41,594 nucleotides of DNA from Gemmatimonadota bacterium. Lineage in GTDB: Bacteria > Gemmatimonadota > Gemmatimonadetes > Longimicrobiales > RSA9. The stretch lies in contig JBBDRO010000003.1 of assembly GCA_040905425.1 (NCBI GenBank), positions 21,450 to 63,043 of the forward strand, read 5' to 3'. Positions 35,333 through 41,594 of this stretch are shown here, piece after piece; positions within the stretch are counted from its first letter, which is position 1; each line of letters opens with the position of its first letter. The notes beneath the pieces are model-generated. The model saw only the letters and a program-made list of their open reading frames with translations. It had not been told where the DNA came from and made no database searches. A program made the position numbers and the translations under genes.

Positions 35333-36457
35333 TCATTGTGGCCCCTTCGGTCGATGGAATGGTAGTGAGTGAGGGCCGACCGCGGTGTCGGGAATATCCC
35401 GCGGCAGGGTGTGGGGCGCTCTCCACTGGTTCTCGTTCGTGACGAGCTCGATCTCGGCGCTCATCAGCATCTTCCGCGGGCACCGGTGCCCCAGGCCGAC
35501 GGCCTGGAGAAGGCGGAGCCTGGACTTGGGCTCGTAGACGGCGCAGAGCGGCTCGGGCAGCCCGTCGTGGGGGCTCGTGTACGCGGTGGCGAAGCGGAAG
35601 GGCGAGCGGTGGGCCAGCAGGCGGAGGATGCAGGCGTCGTCGATGAAGGGCAGGTCGCACGTCACCACCAGCCACGCGGCCCCCGGGTGCTCCTGCATGG
35701 CGGACAGGATCCGGCCCGTCGGCCCCAGGCCGAGGAAGCGGTCCTCGATCCGCGGCACGCCATCGAACGCCTCCTCATCCGCCTGGTCGGGCCGAACGGA
35801 GAGGAAGGCCGCGTCGCAGTGGGCCGAGACGAGGCGGTGGAGGCGGTGGAGGCGGTGGACGTCGAGGGCGAGGGGCCCGCCGCCCGCCAGCACGAGGCCG
35901 TACAGCGGGACGGCGGCCGCCGCCTCCCGCCAGAAGGTCCGGATGAACTCGGTGATCCCGTCCACGTCGTCGCGGGGGAATAACGGCACGGGGACCTCTT
36001 CCGGAGATGACCCTCCCACGCACGCCTGTACGTTCCGGAATCGCCCGTCCCGCCATTCCCGCTCCGCCCGCCCCTCCCTGTCGAGGACCAGGATCTTCGG
36101 GAGGTCGCTGTGCTTGTAGCCCTCGACGAAGACCCAGTCGCAGTCGAGCAGGGTGAACGCCGCGTCGAACAGCCCCAGGGGCCGCGCGGAGATCCGCGCC
36201 GATCGCCCGGCGTCGTTGATGAGGATGTCCACGGCCCCGGCCGCCACCGCCCGGGCGGTGTCCTTTCCCGGCCGGTCCATCTGGAAGCCGTGGGCGTCGT
36301 GCTTCACGTAGCCGATCCGGTGCTCCGGCGACAGCGCCTCGATGAGCTCCACCAGCAGCGTGGTCTTCCCCGAACCCGAGTAGCCGCACACGGCCAGCGC
36401 GTGGGGATGCGGGTTGGGTCGTTCCTGCGGGTCGACAGGGCTCAACGCGTTATCCAC
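35333..36457 (-). CDS. mobB: MobB-MobA fusion (molybdopterin guanine dinucleotide biosynthesis); MobA half apparently degenerate
   Basis: GYSGSGKTTL, VKHDAHGF..D.PGKDT, VEGYK; then LVLAGG, GP...I, CDLP, EPLCAVY, but no S.RMG.DK or N.NTP motif. Confidence 0.78.
   Translation of the reverse strand: MDNALSPVDPQERPNPHPHALAVCGYSGSGKTTLLVELIEALSPEHRIGYVKHDAHGFQMDRPGKDTARAVAAGAVDILINDAGRSARISARPLGLFDAAFTLLDCDWVFVEGYKHSDLPKILVLDREGRAEREWRDGRFRNVQACVGGSSPEEVPVPLFPRDDVDGITEFIRTFWREAAAAVPLYGLVLAGGGPLALDVHRLHRLHRLVSAHCDAAFLSVRPDQADEEAFDGVPRIEDRFLGLGPTGRILSAMQEHPGAAWLVVTCDLPFIDDACILRLLAHRSPFRFATAYTSPHDGLPEPLCAVYEPKSRLRLLQAVGLGHRCPRKMLMSAEIELVTNENQWRAPHTLPRDIPDTAVGPHSLPFHRPKGPQ
35831..35857. repeat. 9-bp tandem repeat x3 (GAGGCGGTG; encodes HRL x3 on the minus strand)
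   Basis: Read directly; lies shortly after the LAGG motif of the MobA domain. Confidence 0.85.
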
Positions 36458-36487
36458 CGATCTGGTACATCCCTTCCTCCATCGACT

Positions 36488-36772
36488 CTATGCGCCCGGG
36501 GGTTTCATGGTCATGACCTCCGCCAGCGCGCCCGGGTAGGCCTCAGGCGGCCGGGACGCAGCACCGGACGGGGATCTCGTGCGCCGCGCGTCGTCGCCGG
36601 CCTGGCCGGGTCGCATGAGGAGCGATCCCGTGCGGCACACCCCGGCCGCGCCCAGTTCGCACGACGCGCACCCGGCCGACTCGCGGCTGGTCCTGCGCGC
36701 GATCAGCCCATACGCCACGAAGAGGCCGGCGCAGCCGCCCACCCCGCCGAGGATTCCCGTAAGCACTACCAC
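36488..36772 (-). CDS. Small membrane-anchored Cys-rich protein (resembles FeoB-associated Cys-rich proteins)
   Basis: GTG start overlapping the transporter stop; TM segment, then GCASCELGAAGVC. Confidence 0.55.
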   Translation of the reverse strand: MVVLTGILGGVGGCAGLFVAYGLIARRTSRESAGCASCELGAAGVCRTGSLLMRPGQAGDDARRTRSPSGAASRPPEAYPGALAEVMTMKPPGA

Positions 36773-37767
36773 CCCAGCCCGGTCCAGTTGCCGACCCGCT
36801 CTGCGTGCCCCAGTGGGCTGCTCTTTGCCTTGAATATCTGGTAAAAGACCACCGCGGTCAGCATCTGGAATGCAAAGGCGACGGCTACCGGCAGCATCTC
36901 GGCACCGTTGAAGCTGAGGGCGGCGATCCCGATGGCGATCGGCAGGTTCTTCATGCCGGACGAGTACGTAATGGCGATGTTCCGCCCCCTCGAGAACAGC
37001 CGGGTACCGACCAGGTATGCCGTGCCGAACAGAATCGGGAACAGCAGCACCGTCGAGGTCAGCAGGGGCGTGATCAGCTCGGCGTTCTCCACGATCGTGG
37101 GCACGTTCGTGTTGATGGCCATGAACAGGAGCAGCGCCGCCGCGGCCGCCGAGACCACCGGCATGAGGGGCAGGATTCGCCGGACCCGAACCCGTTTCTC
37201 CAGCGCCTCCCTGACGATGACCCCAGCCAGCAGGGGGAGCAGGACCGTGAGGGTCAGCTGCAGGAACATCTGCCCCGCGCTGACGGTGACGAACGCGCCC
37301 GCGAGGAGGGACATGAGCAGCGGTACGAGGAATGGCGCGAGGACCATAGTGGCGGCGTTGATGACCGAGGCCAGGGGCACGTCGCCTTCGAGGAGGCCGG
37401 CCCATACCAGGGCCATTCCGGCGCAGGGCACGGTCCCGATCAGGATGAGCCCGGTGGCCAGATCGGGGTGCGAGGAGAGGAACGCCGCGGCGAGGACCCA
37501 GCACACCAACGGCGCGAAGACGAAGTTGAGGGCGAGCCCGAAAGAGAACCCTCTCCAGTCCCGGGCCGCCGCACCCAGGCTGCGGAACGTGATGGTGAAG
37601 CCCATGGCGGCGATCATGACCGCAATGAGCGGGGCATTGACTCGGCGGATGAGCTGACCGGGGGTGGAGGTGAAGAACCCCAGGATCAACCCGGCGATGA
37701 GCGTGGCCGTGATGATGGCCGAGTACCTCGAGCGGACGAAAGCGGCGCAGGCTTGGATGGCGCTCAT
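36766..37767 (-). CDS. Divergent Acr3/bile-acid:Na+ symporter-family transporter
   Basis: GLILIGTVPCAGMALVWAGLLEGD resembles the Acr3 Cys motif; GMKNLPIAIGIA; about 10 TM helices. Confidence 0.82.
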   Translation of the reverse strand: MSAIQACAAFVRSRYSAIITATLIAGLILGFFTSTPGQLIRRVNAPLIAVMIAAMGFTITFRSLGAAARDWRGFSFGLALNFVFAPLVCWVLAAAFLSSHPDLATGLILIGTVPCAGMALVWAGLLEGDVPLASVINAATMVLAPFLVPLLMSLLAGAFVTVSAGQMFLQLTLTVLLPLLAGVIVREALEKRVRVRRILPLMPVVSAAAAALLLFMAINTNVPTIVENAELITPLLTSTVLLFPILFGTAYLVGTRLFSRGRNIAITYSSGMKNLPIAIGIAALSFNGAEMLPVAVAFAFQMLTAVVFYQIFKAKSSPLGHAERVGNWTGLGW

Positions 37768-37844
37768 GGCACAGCTTCCCGGGTGGAGGTCCCGGGCGGC
37801 AGCCACACGGTGTCGATGCCCACCGCGAGCACATCGGCGTACAT
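37764..37844 (-). CDS. 26-aa micro-ORF bridging the RND and transporter genes
   Basis: MYADVLAVGIDTVWLPPGTSTREAVP*; ATG 2 nt after the RND TAA, TGA overlaps the next ATG. Confidence 0.35.
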   Translation of the reverse strand: MYADVLAVGIDTVWLPPGTSTREAVP

Positions 37845-37846
37845 GG

Positions 37847-40800
37847 TTACCCCCCTGCCGCGGAAGTGGCGGCGGCAATCTGTCGCTCTGCCTCGAATCG
37901 CCGCAGCCGGTTCCCCGGTCGATCCGCGAGGGAGTACGCCGCCGGCAGGAAGAACAGAGTCAGGGGCAGCGAGTACAGGAGCCCGCCGATGACGGCGATG
38001 GCCATGGGCTGGAGCATGTCGGCTCCCTCGCCCAGGTTCAGGGCCAGGGGCGTGAGCCCGAGGATCGTAGTAAGCTGGGTCATGAGGATCGGGCGGAGCC
38101 GGATGGGGGCGGCCTGCACCATGGCCACGTATGCGTCGTCGCCCCGTTTGCGGTACTGCTCCGCCAGGTCCAGGAGGACCACGCCCTGGGACGTGATGCC
38201 GCCCATCATGATCACGAGCCCGATCAGGACGGTGGAGCCGAGGGGCGTTCCGGTGAGGAAGAGTGCGAAGAAGGCGCCGAAGAGGGCGAACGGCACGTTC
38301 AGCATGATGAGGAGCGGGAGGCCGAAGGCCTCGAACTTGACGGCCAGGACCACGTAGGCGAAGAGGGTGGCGAAGGCCAGGACGAGGCCCATGGCCTTCC
38401 GGTCCTCGGCCATCATCTGTGCCTGGCCGCCCATCTCCACCCAGACGCCCGGCGGCCGCTCGAGGGCCGCCACAACCTGCTCGGCCGCCGCCGCGGCCTC
38501 GCCCACGCTGGTCCCCAGCGCGTCGGCCCGTACGATCACCTCCTTGGCCTGGTCTTCCCGGATGATCTCGACGGGCCCCACCGCCCGGCGCACCTGCGCC
38601 ACGTCCCGGAGGTAGATGGCGCCGCCGGGCCGGTCCTCGAGGACCAACCCTTCCAGATCTTCCCGGGATGTGAGCTGGGACTCAGGCACCATGATCCGGA
38701 TGTCGTAATACTCGCTACCGTCCCGGTACTGGGAGGCGACGGCGCCCGTCACCAGGTCCCGGAGCCGGGCGGCCACGGCGCCCACAGGAACGCCCAGCGC
38801 CGAGGCCCGGGTCCGGTCGATGTGAACCCGGTACTCGGGCTTGGTCATCTCCATGGAGAGGTTGACGTTGGTGAGGCCGGGGGTCCGGTCCAGCTCGTCG
38901 GTCACAGCCCCGGCGAACCCGAAGATGACCGGGATCTCCTCGCCCTTGATCTTGATCTCCACCTGCTGTGTGCCGACCTGCCGGATCCCCTTCGTCTTCA
39001 TCTGCATCACGCCGATGCGCGCGCCCGGCGCCGAGACGCTGGCGACGCGCGGTCGGATCCGCCGGATGAACTCCGCGGTGGAAACGCCGCGCTGGCCCTT
39101 GGGCACGAGCAGGATGTCGACCTCGCCCTCGTTGGCGATCTCGTACGTGGCCAGCCCCCACACCTTCCCGCCCGCCAGCGAGAACGTGCTCCGGATCTCG
39201 GGCTCCCCCTCGATGACCTGCTCGATCTCGGCCAGGACCCGATCGGTCTCGGCCACGGCCGTCCCCGTGGGCATGACGACCTTCACCATGACGCGCCCGT
39301 CGTCGACCCGGGGGAGGAACTCCGATCCCACGCTTCGCGCCATCCCGACCCCGGCAACGAAGAGGATCACCGCTCCGGCCACCACGATCCCCGGGCGCCG
39401 CAGGCCGGCGGCGAGGATGGCGCGGTACCGGTGTGTGAGGCGGCCGAGCGCGGCGTCGAAGACACGGGCCGGCCCGCGGGGGGCGCTCTCTCGCTCTCCG
39501 GCCAGCAGGCGCCCGGTCAGCGCGGGCGTAAGCGTCAGGGCCACGAGCAGGGAGATGGAGACGATCCCGGCCACCACCAGCACCAGTTCCTTGAACAGCA
39601 GCGCTGACAGTCCCGCGACGAACAGGAACGGGAGGAAGAGGGCCAGGAACGTCAGGGTCGCGGCGACAATGGCGGGGGCGACCTCGTCGCTCCCCCGCCG
39701 CGCGTAGTCTTCTTCCCCCTCGTCCTTGAATCGCGTGATGTTCTCCATCACCACGATGGAGTTGTCCAGGATGACGCCGAGGGCGACCACGAGCCCGCCG
39801 AGGGAGAACAGGTTCAGCGAGAACCCGGCGGTCTTCATCAGGAAGAAGTTGGCCAGCACGGTCACGGGCAGCGCCGCCGCCATGACCAGGATCTGTCGCC
39901 ACCGGCCCAGGAACAGGTAGACCACCAGGATCACCAGGAAGGCGGCGAGGAGCGCGGAGCCCTGGACGCTCTGGATGGCGCCGCGCACGTAGTCGCCCTG
40001 GTTCTCCACCACGCCGAATCGGATGTCGTCGGGTATGTCCCTGCCGAGCTCGTCGAGCCGGGCCTGGACGCCGTCGGCCACGGCCACCGTGTTGGCGTTG
40101 GCCTGCTTGAGGACGTTCAGCTTCACGGCCGGCTCGCCGTTGAAGCGGGTGTTGACACGCATCTCCCGGTGCGAGTCCTCCACGGTGGCCAGATCCTTCA
40201 GGTACACATGCCGACCCTCGGAGCCCGTGGACACCACCACGTCGCGGATCTCGTCCAGCGACTCGAACTCGCCCATGGTGCGGGCGATGATCTCCCGGCT
40301 CTCCACCGTGACGCGCCCGGCGAACATGGCGCGGTTGCTCTCGAACACCGCCCGGGCCACGTCGCCGGGGGCCAGGCCGTAGGCCAGGAGCCGCTGCGGG
40401 TCGATGTGAATGCGGATCTCCCGCTCCAGGCCCCCGACCACCTCCACGCCGGCCGACCCTTCCACGGTGGTGAGCCGTTCCGCGAGCCAGTTGTCCGCCC
40501 ACTCCCGGAGCCAGACCAGGTCGCGGCTGTCGGACGCGATGGCCAGCTCCATGACCGGGAGCTGGGAGGGGTCCGCCTTCAGGACCACGGGCGGGTCCAT
40601 GTCCGGTGGCAGGCTCCGGTTCACCCGACCCATGGCGGCCATGACGTCCTGGTACGCCACGTCCACATCCACGCCGTAGGAGAAGTTGACCAGCAGGGTG
40701 TACATCCCCTCGATGGTGGAGGACTCCAGGTAGTCCAGGTCGTCCACCGTGGCCAGCACCCGCTCCACGGGCTCCGCGATGTTGGTCTCGATCTCGTCCG

Positions 40801-40966
40801 GTGTGGCGCCCCGCCACCAGATGTGGACCTTCACCATGGGGTACGTGACGTCCGGCAGGTAGTCCACCGGCAGGCGGGTGAGGCTGAAGAGACCGGTCAG
40901 GAAGACGGCCACCGTGAGCACCGTCACGGCCACCGGGCGCTTCAGGGCTGCGGCGGTCAGGTTCAT
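37847..40966 (-). CDS. RND efflux permease (AcrB/AcrD/AcrF family)
   Basis: ALKRPVAV, LPVD.LP...YP, GVILDNSIVVMENI, RLRPILMT.LTTILGL.PLA, PMAIAVIGGL. Confidence 0.95.
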   Translation of the reverse strand: MNLTAAALKRPVAVTVLTVAVFLTGLFSLTRLPVDYLPDVTYPMVKVHIWWRGATPDEIETNIAEPVERVLATVDDLDYLESSTIEGMYTLLVNFSYGVDVDVAYQDVMAAMGRVNRSLPPDMDPPVVLKADPSQLPVMELAIASDSRDLVWLREWADNWLAERLTTVEGSAGVEVVGGLEREIRIHIDPQRLLAYGLAPGDVARAVFESNRAMFAGRVTVESREIIARTMGEFESLDEIRDVVVSTGSEGRHVYLKDLATVEDSHREMRVNTRFNGEPAVKLNVLKQANANTVAVADGVQARLDELGRDIPDDIRFGVVENQGDYVRGAIQSVQGSALLAAFLVILVVYLFLGRWRQILVMAAALPVTVLANFFLMKTAGFSLNLFSLGGLVVALGVILDNSIVVMENITRFKDEGEEDYARRGSDEVAPAIVAATLTFLALFLPFLFVAGLSALLFKELVLVVAGIVSISLLVALTLTPALTGRLLAGERESAPRGPARVFDAALGRLTHRYRAILAAGLRRPGIVVAGAVILFVAGVGMARSVGSEFLPRVDDGRVMVKVVMPTGTAVAETDRVLAEIEQVIEGEPEIRSTFSLAGGKVWGLATYEIANEGEVDILLVPKGQRGVSTAEFIRRIRPRVASVSAPGARIGVMQMKTKGIRQVGTQQVEIKIKGEEIPVIFGFAGAVTDELDRTPGLTNVNLSMEMTKPEYRVHIDRTRASALGVPVGAVAARLRDLVTGAVASQYRDGSEYYDIRIMVPESQLTSREDLEGLVLEDRPGGAIYLRDVAQVRRAVGPVEIIREDQAKEVIVRADALGTSVGEAAAAAEQVVAALERPPGVWVEMGGQAQMMAEDRKAMGLVLAFATLFAYVVLAVKFEAFGLPLLIMLNVPFALFGAFFALFLTGTPLGSTVLIGLVIMMGGITSQGVVLLDLAEQYRKRGDDAYVAMVQAAPIRLRPILMTQLTTILGLTPLALNLGEGADMLQPMAIAVIGGLLYSLPLTLFFLPAAYSLADRPGNRLRRFEAERQIAAATSAAGG

Positions 40967-41594
40967 GGCCGGGCCCCGTCCCCGGCGGCCGGGCGCGGCG
41001 TGACGGTCATGCCCTGCCGCAGGTTCCTCTGCCCCGATATCACCACCCGCTCGCCGGCCTCGACGCCGGACAGGACCTGCACCCGGCGCCCCGATTCGAT
41101 CCCCGTCTCGATCCGCCGGCGATCCACGACGCCGTCCCGGACCACGTAGACCGTCAGCTCACCGTCTGTGTCGACGACCACCGCCGCGTCCGGGACCACC
41201 AGCGCCTCCGGCGCCTGCTCGAGCTCGAAGGCGACCCGGGCGAACATCCCCGGCGCGAGGTCCGCGCCGGGGACTGCCACCTCCACCGTCCGCGTTCGGG
41301 TCTCGCGGTCGAGCTCCGGAAAGATACGGGTGATCCGGCCCCGGAACTCACGGCCGGGATACGCGTCCAGATAGATCCGAACCGGGAGGCCTTCCCGGAC
41401 CTCCGCCGCGCCGGATTCCGGGATGGCGAGCCGGACCACGAGGACGCCGGGATCGAAGAGCTCCACCAGCGGCGCTCGGGGCGCCACGTAGTTGCCGTCG
41501 TGGACGTGGACCTTCGCCACCACACCACGCCACGGTGCCCGCACCTGGTAGTCGCTCGACAGCTGCTCCGCCTGCTGGAACTGGGCCCGGGCCC
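40963..41594 (-). CDS. RND periplasmic adaptor (membrane fusion protein), 5'-partial
   Basis: VRAPWRGVV, I.PELD..TRT..V, L.PGMFA, LVVP..AV, G...GERVV..G; frame stays open to the window edge. Confidence 0.9.
   Translation of the reverse strand, partial: ARAQFQQAEQLSSDYQVRAPWRGVVAKVHVHDGNYVAPRAPLVELFDPGVLVVRLAIPESGAAEVREGLPVRIYLDAYPGREFRGRITRIFPELDRETRTRTVEVAVPGADLAPGMFARVAFELEQAPEALVVPDAAVVVDTDGELTVYVVRDGVVDRRRIETGIESGRRVQVLSGVEAGERVVISGQRNLRQGMTVTPRPAAGDGARP

Larger units (their letters stand above)
7349..41594. mobile_element. Probable tRNA-Val-anchored genomic island/accessory region (right boundary outside the window)
   Basis: Abrupt switch from housekeeping genes to signalling, arsenic and pseudogene content right after the tRNAs; no integrase or attR seen, so this is inference only. 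Confidence 0.4.

Noticed and set aside
37664-40817. Long alternative-frame and antisense ORFs (e.g. 37664-39607, 38715-40817; likewise 19913-21625, 30362-32101, 4432-5841)
   Set aside because: These are shadow ORFs expected in high-GC coding DNA; they overlap well-supported genes and carry no recognisable motifs.

Overview
High-GC bacterial window; the gene style suggests Gemmatimonadota/Longimicrobiales, which is an inference. Positions 1-6.9 kb look like core genome: lipid A acyltransferase, a GT2 glycosyltransferase with a basic disordered tail, DUF3108, a deoxyhypusine-synthase-like protein and an M6 metalloprotease. These are followed by tRNA-Glu(CTC), tRNA-Val(CAC) and a strong terminator. 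The rest is an accessory region in three parts. (i) 7.5-15.7 kb is a signalling block: orphan histidine kinases, two double-domain KaiC-like ATPases and a pseudo-receiver kinase. (ii) 15.7-29.4 kb is a large arsenic region: four ArsR paralogues, arsM, arsN2, a metallophosphoesterase and acr3-arsA-arsD. It also holds unexpected genes under a repeated sigma70 promoter/operator cassette (two YlbF/YmcA-like proteins plus an FmdB zinc ribbon with Cys-rich tails; cfa plus a methyltransferase), an arsR-osmC-arsD::AhpD-membrane protein-cysteine-synthase-like module with related operators, and a decayed duplicate. (iii) 29.5-41.6 kb is a long minus-strand operon joining an RND pump, a divergent Acr3-like transporter and a degenerate MobB-MobA fusion to a TtrBCA/SrdBCA-type molybdoenzyme, a candidate non-Arr respiratory arsenate reductase. 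The best candidates for undescribed biology are the RicAFT-like YlbF/YmcA/FmdB trio in an ArsR-type regulon, the ArsD-AhpD/cysteine-synthase module and the Ttr-type reductase-efflux operon. All calls come from reading motifs by eye; no database searches were run.
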